NCBI GenBank assembly: GCA_944372545.1
Contig: CALVZO010000041.1
Coordinates: forward strand, 3,325-67,324
Source of the DNA: an uncultured Bacilli bacterium
Lineage (GTDB): Bacteria > Bacillota_I > Bacilli_A > RF39 > UBA660
Length of the DNA stretch: 64,000 bases
Reading direction: 5' to 3'
In this document: one piece after another, positions 54,180 to 63,435 of the stretch
Position numbering within the stretch: the first letter of the stretch is position 1
Layout: each line of letters opens with the position of its first letter
Notes under the pieces: model-generated
What the model was told of the DNA's origin: nothing
What the model saw: only the letters and a program-made list of their open reading frames with translations
Database searches by the model: none
Position numbers and translations under genes: made by a program

Positions 54180-55268
54180 ATGAATTTTGAAAAAATGACT
54201 TTTACAGAAAAGTTTGGGCAAATGATAATGCTTGGACTTGATGTATATGATATAAATGATGAGATAATTGAATTAATTGAAAACTATAAAATTGGAGGAA
54301 TTGTTTTATATAAGAAAAATTATATTTCTATAGATACTATGATTAAATTTATTAATAAGTTAAAGAAATATAATAGTAAGAATATTCCTTTATTTATTGC
54401 AATAGACCAAGAAAATGGGTTAGTTAACAGATTTCCTAAAGATATTGTTCCAATACTTAGTGCATCTAAACAAGCAAAGTGTGAAAATGACAAAATAATT
54501 AAATATGTTAATGAATTAACTACATATATTTTAAGTTCTGTTGGAGTTAATATGAATATGGCTCCAGTACTAGATATTAGAAGTAAGGCATTAGGAAGTA
54601 GAAGTTATGGCATTAATAAAGAAGATGTTATAAAATATGGACTTCCGCTTATGAAATGTTCACAAGAAAATAATATAATATCGGTTGTGAAGCATTTTCC
54701 AGGGCATGGTGCCACTAATATTGATAGTCATATAAGAATACCTTACATTAAAAATATTGATAAATTGCAAAAAGAAGATTTAGTACCTTTTGAAGCCGCG
54801 ATTAAAAATGGGGCTGATGCTATAATGGTCGGACATATGAAATTGAAAGGGTACGGAAGGTTAAGTGCTATTACAAATAAAAGAATTATCAAAGAGATGC
54901 TTATAGATGGCCTTAATTATCGCGGATTAATTGTAACTGATGATTTAAGAATGGGGTATCAAAAGTTTTTAGGTAATTTTAGATTAAAAAGTAAAATTAT
55001 TAAAGCGATTAATGCCGGCAATGATGTTATCTTAATTAAGTATAAAAAGAAAGATACGAGAAGATTATATAAGAAGTTATATAAGATGGTTGATAATTAT
55101 GAACTTAATATGGAAAGAATAGAGGAAAGTTCGAAAAAAATTGTTGAGTTAAAAAATAAATATCAATTAAGTAATGAAAAAATTAAAAATGAAGTTGATA
55201 TTGACTTAGTTAATGAGAAAATAAAATTTATTAATGATAAAATAGAGAAAAAGGTTGGTGTATTATGA
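54180..55268 (+). CDS. nagZ: Beta-N-acetylhexosaminidase (GH3, NagZ-like)
   Basis: GH3 blocks IAIDQENG, KHFPGHG and VTDDLRM. Confidence 0.8.
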   Translation: MNFEKMTFTEKFGQMIMLGLDVYDINDEIIELIENYKIGGIVLYKKNYISIDTMIKFINKLKKYNSKNIPLFIAIDQENGLVNRFPKDIVPILSASKQAKCENDKIIKYVNELTTYILSSVGVNMNMAPVLDIRSKALGSRSYGINKEDVIKYGLPLMKCSQENNIISVVKHFPGHGATNIDSHIRIPYIKNIDKLQKEDLVPFEAAIKNGADAIMVGHMKLKGYGRLSAITNKRIIKEMLIDGLNYRGLIVTDDLRMGYQKFLGNFRLKSKIIKAINAGNDVILIKYKKKDTRRLYKKLYKMVDNYELNMERIEESSKKIVELKNKYQLSNEKIKNEVDIDLVNEKIKFINDKIEKKVGVL

Positions 55269-55924
55269 AAACAAAAGACATATTTAAAAGTAGTGAAAGT
55301 ATTGCTGATAGTTTTATAAAATCATTTGAGTTTCCTTATCAAGTTTTACCCAATATAAAAAATTATATTATTGAGTTAGGTAATAGTTTAGGAAGCGATT
55401 TTAATAAAATTGGGGAAGATATATGGATTCATAAAGATGCAAAGGTAAATAAAAGTGCGGAAATTCATGGGCCTTGCATAATTGATAAAGATGCGGAAGT
55501 AAGATGCAATGCCTTTATAAGAGGAAGTGTCATAATTGGTAAGGGTGTTGTTTTTGGTAATTCATGTGAGATAAAAAATTCCATACTTTATGATAATGTG
55601 CAAGTGCCACACTTTAGTTACGTTGGCGATTCTATTTTAGGTAGTCACTCGCATTTAGGAGCAAGTTCAATTACTTCCAATTTAAAAAGTGATAAAAAAG
55701 ATATTGTTATAAATTATGAAGGCGAAAAAATTGTGACAAATATTCGAAAAATTGGGGCTTTTTTAGGAGATAATGTTGAAGTTGGGTGTGGTTGTGTATT
55801 AAATCCCGGAACAATTATTTTAAGTAATACAAGTATTTATCCACTTACTAGTGTAAGAGGAGTTATAAAAGAAAATATGATAGTGAAAGATATGCAAAAT
55901 ATTGTAGAAAGAAGGGAAAAATAA
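55265..55924 (+). CDS. Left-handed beta-helix (hexapeptide-repeat) acyl/nucleotidyl-transferase-like protein
   Basis: Repeated hexapeptide pattern. Resembles the GlmU C-terminal LbH domain without the N-terminal pyrophosphorylase domain. Overlaps both neighbours. Confidence 0.55.
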   Translation: MKTKDIFKSSESIADSFIKSFEFPYQVLPNIKNYIIELGNSLGSDFNKIGEDIWIHKDAKVNKSAEIHGPCIIDKDAEVRCNAFIRGSVIIGKGVVFGNSCEIKNSILYDNVQVPHFSYVGDSILGSHSHLGASSITSNLKSDKKDIVINYEGEKIVTNIRKIGAFLGDNVEVGCGCVLNPGTIILSNTSIYPLTSVRGVIKENMIVKDMQNIVERREK

Positions 55925-57264
55925 TGGGCAAATTATTTGGAACAGATGGAGTAAGAGGGATAGTTAATAAAGAACTAGATATTGAATTAGCCATGAAAAT
56001 TGGGGTTAGTACAGCAAGAGTTTTACAAAAAAACAAAGATAATCTCACATTTTTAATTGGTAGTGATACGAGAATTAGCAAAGATGTTTTAAAAAATGCG
56101 TTAGTAGCGGGTATTTTATCGGAAGGTGCTAATGTATGTGATTTAGGGGTAATACCTACTCCTGCTGTGTCTTTTCTTATTAAAAAATATGGTGCTGATG
56201 GTGGTTTTGTAATATCTGCAAGTCATAATCCGAGTATTTACAATGGTATTAAGGTGTTTAATAAGGAAGGTTTTAAATTAGATGATGAAGTAGAAGAAGA
56301 AATAGAAAATATCATATTAAATGATTTCGGTTTATCTAAAGTAGAGAATAAAGTAGGAAAATATGAATATAAGGAAAGTGCAATAGATGATTATGTCGAT
56401 TATTTAGTGGGGACTATAAAAGAAAATTTAGAAGGGTTAAGTATTGGGGTAGACTGTGCTAATGGAGCATCTTTTATAACGGCCAAAAAATTATTTAAAA
56501 AATTAGGAGTAGATGCTAAGTTTATTAATGATAATCCAGATGGGTATAATATTAATCAAAATGCTGGTTCAACTCATATCGATGGGTTAAAAGAGTTTGT
56601 TATTCAAAACGGACTTGATTGTGGTGTTGCGTTTGATGGTGATGCTGATAGAGCATTATTTGTTGATAATTTAGGTGCTGAAGTAGATGGCGATTATATT
56701 TTAGCGATGTATGGTAAACATTTAAAAGATGCTGGTAAGTTAAAAAATAATGCGATAGTTGGAACAGTTATGTCTAATTTAGGGCTAGTAAAATTTTGTG
56801 AAAAAGAAGGAATTAATTTTATTGCAACTAAAGTTGGTGATAGATATGTTTTAGAAAGCATGCTAGCAAATGATTATATAATTGGCGGCGAACAAAGTGG
56901 ACATATCATTTTCAAAGAATTTGCTAATACTGGTGATGGTGAATTAACAGCGATTAAAATTTTAGAAATTATGAGGCAAAGTAAAAAAGGTTTGGCGGAA
57001 TTAAAAGGTATTATGGAAAGTTATCCGCAAGTTTTAAAAAATGTTTCAGTTACTAAAGAAGGTAAAGAAACATATAAAGATAACGAAGAAATAAATAAAT
57101 GTATAAAGATGTGGGAAGAAAAATTAAATGGAGAAGGCAGAATTTTAGTAAGAGCAAGTGGTACCGAAAATTTAATTAGAGTTATGTTAGAAGGAAAAAA
57201 TATTGAAGAAATTACAAATATTTGTGATAATATAGTGGAAGTAATTCAAAAAGAAATTGGGTAG
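55924..57264 (+). CDS. glmM: Phosphoglucosamine mutase
   Basis: GKLFGTDGVRG start, active-site SASHNP, FDGDADR and GGEQSGH. Confidence 0.95.
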   Translation: MGKLFGTDGVRGIVNKELDIELAMKIGVSTARVLQKNKDNLTFLIGSDTRISKDVLKNALVAGILSEGANVCDLGVIPTPAVSFLIKKYGADGGFVISASHNPSIYNGIKVFNKEGFKLDDEVEEEIENIILNDFGLSKVENKVGKYEYKESAIDDYVDYLVGTIKENLEGLSIGVDCANGASFITAKKLFKKLGVDAKFINDNPDGYNINQNAGSTHIDGLKEFVIQNGLDCGVAFDGDADRALFVDNLGAEVDGDYILAMYGKHLKDAGKLKNNAIVGTVMSNLGLVKFCEKEGINFIATKVGDRYVLESMLANDYIIGGEQSGHIIFKEFANTGDGELTAIKILEIMRQSKKGLAELKGIMESYPQVLKNVSVTKEGKETYKDNEEINKCIKMWEEKLNGEGRILVRASGTENLIRVMLEGKNIEEITNICDNIVEVIQKEIG

Positions 57265-57285
57265 ATGTCTTATAGACATCGAATT

Positions 57286-57362
57286 GTCCTCGTAGCATAA
57301 CAGGAAAATGCAGTCGCCTCCTAAGCGACAGACTGGGTGTTCGAGTCACCCCGAGGACGCCA
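57286..57362 (+). tRNA. tRNA-Arg (CCT)
   Basis: Acceptor gtcctcg/cgaggac, anticodon stem gtcgc/gcgac with loop ctCCTaa, T arm gggtg-ttcgagt-caccc, CCA. Confidence 0.88.
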
Positions 57363-57396
57363 TTAAAATTTAAATTAATAAAAAAGAATAATATTT

Positions 57397-58251
57397 TTAA
57401 GCAAAATTAATATTATTCTTTTTAAATTCTTTTATAACTGTTTCATAAATCATATTTTCAACATTTCTTTGCTTTTTCGGGTGAATTAAGAAACGAACTG
57501 TTAGAATTATTTTTTCATCTAAAATTTTAGTATAGGTAATAGGAGTAAGGTTATTATAATAAATTCTATATTCGGTATTGGAATTTTTAATTTCTGCTTG
57601 CATTTTTTTAGGTATTTCCTTAATTATTTCATTATCGCTAACGGTTTTTAAAAGAATCTTTTTCGCCTTATCTAAATCAGAATCTAAACTTATTGATAGA
57701 GATAGTTCAGTCCAAATATATTTAAAAGCGGTGTTATAGTTTTTAATAGTAGCAGAAAATATTTTGGAGTTTGGAATATGAATAATTTTTCCTGTACTTT
57801 GATTTGTATTATTATCAACTTCTAGCAATTCAATACTTAAAGTATTAAGATTTACAACATCGCCGATAGTATCATCAATTTGAATTCGGTCTTCAACTTT
57901 AATTGGTTTTGATATTTTAATATAAATACCACAAAAATAATTATAGATAATTTCTTTTAAAGTTAAAGTGATAGCAGCAGAAATAAAACTTATTATAGTT
58001 AAAAAATCATTTATGTTTGTTTGCCAAATGCAAAGAACAACAATGAAGAAAATGATAGTTAAAATTGTTTTGTTGCGTTTGTTAATTGTGTATAAAGTTT
58101 TTTCTGATAGAGAAACTTTTTTATTAATGAAGTTAAGTATTTTCAGTAGTAATTTGAGTAACAAAAAACAGGCAATAGTATAAATGAAATTTACGATGTA
58201 GATATTGTTGGTATTTAAAATTTTTAATAAAAAGTCTGTTAAATTATTCAT
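57397..58251 (-). CDS. Mechanosensitive channel, MscS family
   Basis: Three N-terminal TM helices, then the MscS beta-domain block IKVEDRIQIDDTIGDVVNLNTLSIEL...IHIPNSKIFS. Confidence 0.75.
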   Translation of the reverse strand: MNNLTDFLLKILNTNNIYIVNFIYTIACFLLLKLLLKILNFINKKVSLSEKTLYTINKRNKTILTIIFFIVVLCIWQTNINDFLTIISFISAAITLTLKEIIYNYFCGIYIKISKPIKVEDRIQIDDTIGDVVNLNTLSIELLEVDNNTNQSTGKIIHIPNSKIFSATIKNYNTAFKYIWTELSLSISLDSDLDKAKKILLKTVSDNEIIKEIPKKMQAEIKNSNTEYRIYYNNLTPITYTKILDEKIILTVRFLIHPKKQRNVENMIYETVIKEFKKNNINFA

Positions 58252-58397
58252 AAATCCTCCTTTCGTGGGTTATTAATATATCATAAAGTTGGGAAAATGC
58301 GCCAAAATAATGTGAATAAATTATGAAAAATGTGTAAAAATGTGTCAAATATAAATTAAAGTATGGTATAATATTATATACTGAAGGTGATTAAAAA

Positions 58398-59282
58398 ATG
58401 TTAGATTTAATAAAATTAGGTGAAAAGACATATTATGTTGCAAGCCCGGTAAATGTGGGAATTTACTTATTAGATAATGATAATGTTTGTCTAATTGACA
58501 CAGGAAATTCTAAGGAGTTTGCTAAAGAAATTGAGAAAATTATAAATGCAAATAATTGGAATTTAAAATTTATAATTAATACGCATAGTCATGCCGATCA
58601 TATTGGGGGTAACAAATATTTACAAAATAAGTACAATATAAAAATATATGCCAATAAAATAGAAAGTTATTTTATAAATGACTGCATACTTGAACCATCT
58701 CTTCTTTATGGTGCTAATCCGCCAAAAGAAATGCACATTAAATTTATTGAAGCAGATAGTAGTTGTTGTGAAGATATTGCTAATTTAAAAGTTGAAGGTT
58801 TAGAAGTAATAAATTTAGAAGGGCATTCTAAAGGTATGATAGGTGTTGTTACAAGTGATGATGTATGTTTTGTGGGAGATGCTTATACTAGCAAAAAAAT
58901 ACTTGATAAATACGCAATTCAATATGTTTTTGATATAGAGAATTATTTTAATACTTTAAATTATTTGAAAAATACTAATTATAGGTTTTATGTTCCGGCT
59001 CACGGAGAAGTAGAGGAAAATCCTACGAATACGATTAATGTAAATATAAAAAATATTGAAGATATTGAAAAAAACATATTAAAAATTATTTATAACGGAA
59101 TTTCGTATAATGATTTGTTAAAAGAGGTATTTAATTTATATCATATCAAAATAAATATTGTTCAATACCATTTGTTTAGTGCAACAATTAAGGCGTTTTT
59201 GAGCAAATTAGAAAACGATGGAAGGCTAGAGTTTTTATTTAAAAAAAATGAAATGTTTATAAAAATTATCGAAAGTATATAA
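58398..59282 (+). CDS. MBL-fold metallo-hydrolase
   Basis: HSHADHIGG (HxHxDH) motif and later His/Asp ligand contexts. Confidence 0.75.
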   Translation: MLDLIKLGEKTYYVASPVNVGIYLLDNDNVCLIDTGNSKEFAKEIEKIINANNWNLKFIINTHSHADHIGGNKYLQNKYNIKIYANKIESYFINDCILEPSLLYGANPPKEMHIKFIEADSSCCEDIANLKVEGLEVINLEGHSKGMIGVVTSDDVCFVGDAYTSKKILDKYAIQYVFDIENYFNTLNYLKNTNYRFYVPAHGEVEENPTNTINVNIKNIEDIEKNILKIIYNGISYNDLLKEVFNLYHIKINIVQYHLFSATIKAFLSKLENDGRLEFLFKKNEMFIKIIESI

Positions 59283-60714
59283 TTTTTAAGTGTTGCTTTT
59301 TGGCAATTTTTTTTATTTCTTTAACAAAAATTGAAGGAGAATATTTATCATATAAAATGTAGAGTTGTTTTTTACAACGAGTGATAGCAACATAGAAAAG
59401 TCTTCTTTCTTCAGCATAAGGAATTTCTTTATTTGGAAATAATTTTTGAATTATTTTGTTATTTTCAATTTTATTAGGGAATCCCAAAATATCGTTGTTG
59501 CAATTTAAAAGTATGACATAATCTGCTTCGAGGCCTTTAGATTTATGGACAGTGTAGTAAGTGAATTTAGTGTTATTATAGTAATAGATATTGGTATTTT
59601 GAGTAAAATTCGAATCAATATAATAGTTAATATCAATTTTATTTCTTGAAAGAACCATAATTTCGGTATCTTGTGGTATGGTATTTAGAATTTTTTTAAA
59701 AGTTTCTATTCTTTCTTTGTAAGGGGCAAATATAATCGGGGTTGGATTATGATTATTGGCATGTAAATCTTTAGTAATTTGTAAAGGATTCTTTTGAATA
59801 AAAGTTGTAGCAATAGATAAAAGTTCTTGGCTATTCCGATATGTGTTTGTTAATTTTAATATTGTAACATTAGGAAAAATTTTATCGAAATTCAAAAATA
59901 ATGATAAATTGCAACCACTGAAACGATAAATTGATTGCCAGTCATCACCAACAACGATTATTTTGGCATTAGTGACATTTTTAATGGTTTTAACTAGATT
60001 AATTCGTATTAAAGATGTGTCTTGAAATTCATCAATTATGATGTATTTGTATTTTAAAGTTATTTTAGGTGTTATTTGGGTAGAAAGCATAATCATATCG
60101 TCAAAATCGAGTGCTTGAATACTTTGCTTTTCTTCGATATATTTTTGATAGATATTAAAAATAATTAAAAGTATTTTTTTCTCTAATCTAGTGAAGTGTT
60201 TAGCGAAGATATCTTTTCTATTTAAATTGTTTGTCTTGTATAGGTTTATGAAGGTTTCTATAAATTTACAAAAACTTTTGAATTGGTTAGATTTTATAAA
60301 AAGTTTGTAAGTATTTGTGATTTTCAAAAATTTTAAAATGTTTTTTTGCTCATCTTTTTTGCATGTTAATAAGTATTCGTTTATGATGTAGTTTAAAGTG
60401 TTGAGTTTACAAATTGAAAAATCAATTTTGGATTGCTTTAAAATGTTCATTGCGAGTTTATGAAATGTTAAAATATCGATATTGGTTGAAATTTTCTTTT
60501 GTAAGTCTTCAGTCGAGGCATTGGTAAAAGATAAAAGTAGTATTTCCTCGTTTGTAGCAAGGTTGTTTTCTAAAAGATATTTGACTTTTCCTAAAATTGT
60601 CAATGTTTTACCGGATCCGGCGCCAGCAATTACAATGGCATTTTCTTGGCAATCAATTAACTTTTTTTGTTTTTCATCGAGTAAGTAGCCATTTACTGTG
60701 TAATTTTTAGTCAT
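59266..60714 (-). CDS. UvrD/Rep-like superfamily 1 helicase (short, helicase IV-like core)
   Basis: Walker A AGAGSGKT, DEFQD, GDDWQSIY, TYRNSQE, VHKSKGLEADYVI and YVAITRCK motifs. Confidence 0.8.
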   Translation of the reverse strand: MTKNYTVNGYLLDEKQKKLIDCQENAIVIAGAGSGKTLTILGKVKYLLENNLATNEEILLLSFTNASTEDLQKKISTNIDILTFHKLAMNILKQSKIDFSICKLNTLNYIINEYLLTCKKDEQKNILKFLKITNTYKLFIKSNQFKSFCKFIETFINLYKTNNLNRKDIFAKHFTRLEKKILLIIFNIYQKYIEEKQSIQALDFDDMIMLSTQITPKITLKYKYIIIDEFQDTSLIRINLVKTIKNVTNAKIIVVGDDWQSIYRFSGCNLSLFLNFDKIFPNVTILKLTNTYRNSQELLSIATTFIQKNPLQITKDLHANNHNPTPIIFAPYKERIETFKKILNTIPQDTEIMVLSRNKIDINYYIDSNFTQNTNIYYYNNTKFTYYTVHKSKGLEADYVILLNCNNDILGFPNKIENNKIIQKLFPNKEIPYAEERRLFYVAITRCKKQLYILYDKYSPSIFVKEIKKIAKKQHLKIIYFR

Positions 60715-60830
60715 ATAAAAACCTTTCTAGGAAAAGTTTTCTAATATTAAATTAACATAATTTTACATATTTGAAAATATAAAAAAACTATAACAGCAAA
60801 AAAAATGTATAATAAAGATGGTGAAGTGTA

Positions 60831-61259
60831 GTGGAAAAATTGAAAAGAGTTGTTGGAATCGCATTTATTGAAAATGGAAAATTATTGATAGTGCGTTCTA
60901 AAAGAAGTAGTAAAACGAATTCATGGACTTTAGTTGGTGGTGGAATTGAAAATGGCGAAACAGAAATAACTGCTGCCTTACGTGAAGTAAATGAAGAAAT
61001 AGGCCAAGGTTTTGAATTTTGTGAAGAAGATTTATTGCCAATTTTATGTTTTAAAGAACTTGCTGCAAGTGATTATGATGTAATAATTGAAATGAATATG
61101 TTTCTTGCAACTAAAAAAATTCACGTTGATTTGATTCCAAATGATGAAATATTAGAATATCACTGGTATAGTATCGGTGAAGTTAATTACAATTTGTCTT
61201 CCTCAATTATAGATCATTTCATGCCTTATGCTATACAAAAAGGATTAATTTCAGTTTAG
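60831..61259 (+). CDS. NUDIX hydrolase
   Basis: Nudix box GGGIENGETEITAALREVNEEIG. Confidence 0.8.
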   Translation: MEKLKRVVGIAFIENGKLLIVRSKRSSKTNSWTLVGGGIENGETEITAALREVNEEIGQGFEFCEEDLLPILCFKELAASDYDVIIEMNMFLATKKIHVDLIPNDEILEYHWYSIGEVNYNLSSSIIDHFMPYAIQKGLISV

Positions 61260-61298
61260 TTAAGCATATAAAAATTCGCACAAATTGAAAAAAACTTA

Positions 61299-61327
61299 TT
61301 GCATAATTGATTTTTGTATAGTATAAT
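61299..61327 (+). promoter_or_regulatory. Sigma-A promoter of the Val-Thr-Tyr-Gln-Lys tRNA operon
   Basis: TTGCAT-N17-TATAAT, about 40 nt upstream of tRNA-Val. Confidence 0.65.
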
Positions 61328-61369
61328 TCTAATTGTCTTGAAAAGACTTCAAGACAGTGTGGGAGATTC

Positions 61370-61446
61370 GGGCGATTAGCTCAGTTGGTTAGAGCATCTG
61401 CCTTACAAGCAGAGGGTCATAGGTTCGAGTCCTATATCGCCCACCA
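61370..61446 (+). tRNA. tRNA-Val (TAC)
   Basis: Acceptor gggcgat/atcgccc, anticodon loop ctTACaa, T loop ttcgagt, CCA. Confidence 0.9.
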
Positions 61447-61453
61447 TTATGAT

Positions 61454-61529
61454 GCCGACATAGCGTAATTGGTAGCGCACCTGACTTGTAATCAGAAGGT
61501 TGGGGGTTCGATTCCCTCTGTCGGCACCA
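61454..61529 (+). tRNA. tRNA-Thr (TGT)
   Basis: Acceptor gccgaca/tgtcggc, anticodon loop ctTGTaa, T loop ttcgatt, CCA. Confidence 0.9.
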
Positions 61530-61538
61530 TCTTTTTAT

Positions 61539-61622
61539 GGAGGGATAGCGAAGTGGTCAAACGCGGCAGACTGTAAATCTGTTCCTTCGGGTTCCATGGT
61601 TCAAATCCATGTCCCTCCACCA
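61539..61622 (+). tRNA. tRNA-Tyr (GTA)
   Basis: Acceptor ggaggga/tccctcc, anticodon loop ctGTAaa, long variable arm, T loop ttcaaat, CCA. Confidence 0.9.
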
Positions 61623-61636
61623 TTTTTATATAATTT

Positions 61637-61712
61637 TGCCCCGTAGCCAAGTGGTAAGGCATCAGACTTTGACTCTGACATTCCGTTGGTTCGAACCCAG
61701 CCGGGGCAGCCA
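61637..61712 (+). tRNA. tRNA-Gln (TTG)
   Basis: Acceptor tgccccg/cggggca (U1-A72, typical of bacterial tRNA-Gln), anticodon loop ctTTGac, T loop ttcgaac, CCA. Confidence 0.88.
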
Positions 61713-61722
61713 TCTTTATTGT

Positions 61723-61798
61723 GTCTCGTTAGCTCAGTAGGTAGAGCATTTGACTTTTAATCAAAGGGTCTGGAGTTCGAATCTCCAACGAGACACCA
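61723..61798 (+). tRNA. tRNA-Lys (TTT)
   Basis: Acceptor gtctcgt/acgagac, anticodon loop ctTTTaa, T loop ttcgaat, CCA. Confidence 0.9.
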
Positions 61799-61812
61799 TT
61801 GGAAATATAAGG

Positions 61813-61840
61813 GTTTGCAAGCGATTTGCAAACTTTTCTT
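61813..61840 (+). terminator. Terminator of the five-tRNA operon
   Basis: Hairpin gtttgcaa/ttgcaaac followed by ttttctt. Confidence 0.75.
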
Positions 61841-62162
61841 ATATATAAATTTATTAAAAAGTGGCACAAAAAGTGGCATAGGCAGGGGCAAAAAGGATTT
61901 ATATTATATAAATTAAAAAAAGTCAAAACTGACTTTTAAATTTTAATATAAAAGAGCTATTTGTGTATATTAACCTTTTATTCTTTATTTTTTGTGATAT
62001 ACAATATTAGGCTCCCCAGTTTATAGCCCTTCTATTATAATTATATGATTTATTACTGGAGTTAAAAGTACTAAAAATATAAATTTACATTTTTTGACAT
62101 AAATATTAAATAATAAATTCTATTAATCTTCATAAAATTGTTTTATAGAGGATAATTTGTTA

Positions 62163-62191
62163 TTGCATTTTTTCTAACCCTGTAATATAAT
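62163..62191 (+). promoter_or_regulatory. Sigma-A promoter of the Arg-Pro tRNA pair
   Basis: TTGCAT-N17-TATAAT, about 20 nt upstream of tRNA-Arg. It has the same -35/-10 hexamers as the promoter at 61299. Confidence 0.65.
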
Positions 62192-62212
62192 GGGATTACT
62201 TGGGGATTATAC

Positions 62213-62289
62213 GCACCCATAGCTCAACTGGATAGAGCGTTAGACTACGGATCTAAAGGCTGGGGGTTCGAATCCCTTTGGGTGTACCA
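62213..62289 (+). tRNA. tRNA-Arg (ACG)
   Basis: Acceptor gcaccca/tgggtgt, anticodon loop ctACGga, T loop ttcgaat, CCA. Confidence 0.88.
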
Positions 62290-62296
62290 TATATTT

Positions 62297-62373
62297 CGAG
62301 AAGTAGCACAGCTTGGTAGTGCGCGTGGTTTGGGACCATGAGGTCGCAGGTTCGAATCCTGTCTTCTCGACCA
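62297..62373 (+). tRNA. tRNA-Pro (TGG)
   Basis: Acceptor cgagaag/cttctcg, anticodon loop ttTGGga, T loop ttcgaat, CCA. Confidence 0.9.
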
Positions 62374-62382
62374 TTTTGAAAT

Positions 62383-62406
62383 AACAGTTGAAATACTGTT
62401 TTTTTA
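62383..62406 (+). terminator. Terminator after tRNA-Pro
   Basis: Hairpin aacagt/actgtt followed by ttttttt. Confidence 0.75.
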
Positions 62407-62448
62407 TTGCAATAACTCATGGCCAAATCCGCGCCATCAAGCATATCA

Positions 62449-63183
62449 TTAATATTTATATTTATAAAATAATTTTTCTAAAGCATCATATTCAATTCTA
62501 AAAGAAAAACCATGATTGTCAATTGGTACATCTATGCTATCTTTATTCCTTTTTAAATAAATTGATATAGAAATTTTCCCACTTTTTATTAATTGCAAAA
62601 ATTCAAAAAATCCTTTTAATTTATAAAAATTTATTTTTACATATTTATAATAAATTTCTCCTTTAATTTTATATGGATATAGTTGTATAATTGCTAAATA
62701 AGTTAATTTTGTTTTCAATTTCCTTTCTAAAGTTTTAAAATCCCAATAGCATACGTCTTCTACAAAATTTCCTTCATAATACGATTTCATGATTATTAAT
62801 TGATGCAGAAAATCAACATCTAATTTAAACTCATAATGACATCGCTTTTTAGCCTTATTAGCAAATAACTCTCTATCAAAAACCAACAAATTCTTATCTT
62901 TATATTTAGGGTAGCAATAAGTATCAAATATGTATTTAATTGCGGGTGATTTTTTTCTTTTCGGCTCACAATGAAACAACTTAAGTGGGTATTTAGAATA
63001 AGTCATTCGTGTTTTAATTTCAACGCAACCAAAATCCGGCTTACAAAGTTGATCTTCAGATTTTCCAAGAAGTGTTTCAAACGTGTAACCTGCTCCTGAA
63101 TTGCCTTTCCTTAAACTTTTTATTAATCCTTTTCTTCTAATATCTTGAAATTTTTCTTTTAATATAACAAAATCTTTTTGCAT
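62449..63183 (-). CDS. MvaI/BcnI-like PD-(D/E)XK restriction endonuclease homologue
   Basis: Colinear with my recollection of BcnI: KGL..R....G.G.TFE.LLG, catalytic-type PDFGCVEIK, LKLFH..P and C-terminal HGFSFRI....LEKLF. 244 aa. Confidence 0.55.
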   Translation of the reverse strand: MQKDFVILKEKFQDIRRKGLIKSLRKGNSGAGYTFETLLGKSEDQLCKPDFGCVEIKTRMTYSKYPLKLFHCEPKRKKSPAIKYIFDTYCYPKYKDKNLLVFDRELFANKAKKRCHYEFKLDVDFLHQLIIMKSYYEGNFVEDVCYWDFKTLERKLKTKLTYLAIIQLYPYKIKGEIYYKYVKINFYKLKGFFEFLQLIKSGKISISIYLKRNKDSIDVPIDNHGFSFRIEYDALEKLFYKYKY

Positions 63184-63383
63184 TCCAAAACCTCCATTAA
63201 ATTTATATCATATTATTTTCAAAATAATTGTCATAACTTGTCGAATAAAAAACTAAAAAATTTTTAATTTTTCTGTTATAATAAAATTGGTGATGAAAAT
63301 GAAAGTTGATTTAGTATTAAATGAATTATTAAAAAAAGTTGAATTTGCAAGTATTTGGGTTGAAACAATAAACCTTAAAGAAC

Positions 63384-63413
63384 TTGACAACAAAACCTTT
63401 AATCGCTTATAAT
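63384..63413 (+). promoter_or_regulatory. Sigma-A promoter upstream of gpsB
   Basis: TTGACA-N18-TATAAT, 22 nt upstream of the gpsB ATG. Confidence 0.6.
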
Positions 63414-63435
63414 TTTATTGTTAGAAGGTGTTGCA

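Noticed and set aside
58398-61259. MBL hydrolase, UvrD-like helicase and NUDIX as a three-gene defence-like module
   Set aside because: The genes lie on alternating strands with their own signals and are not an operon. Each has ordinary housekeeping-type motifs.
61799-62212. Integrated prophage or ICE at tRNA-Lys
   Set aside because: There is no integrase, no att-like duplication of the tRNA 3' end and only 414 bp of spacer. At most it is a scar, and it is reported as a low-interest finding.
61492-62444. ORFs 61492-61713, 61729-61926 and 62253-62444
   Set aside because: They run antisense across the tRNA genes, so the GC-rich tRNA sequence keeps frames open. They are not coding.
63299-63412. 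37-aa ORF MKVDLVLNELLKKVEFASIWVETINLKELDNKTFNRL upstream of gpsB
   Set aside because: It has a plausible RBS (ggtga), but it overlaps the strong gpsB promoter and shows no recognisable motif. I cannot support it without conservation or expression data.
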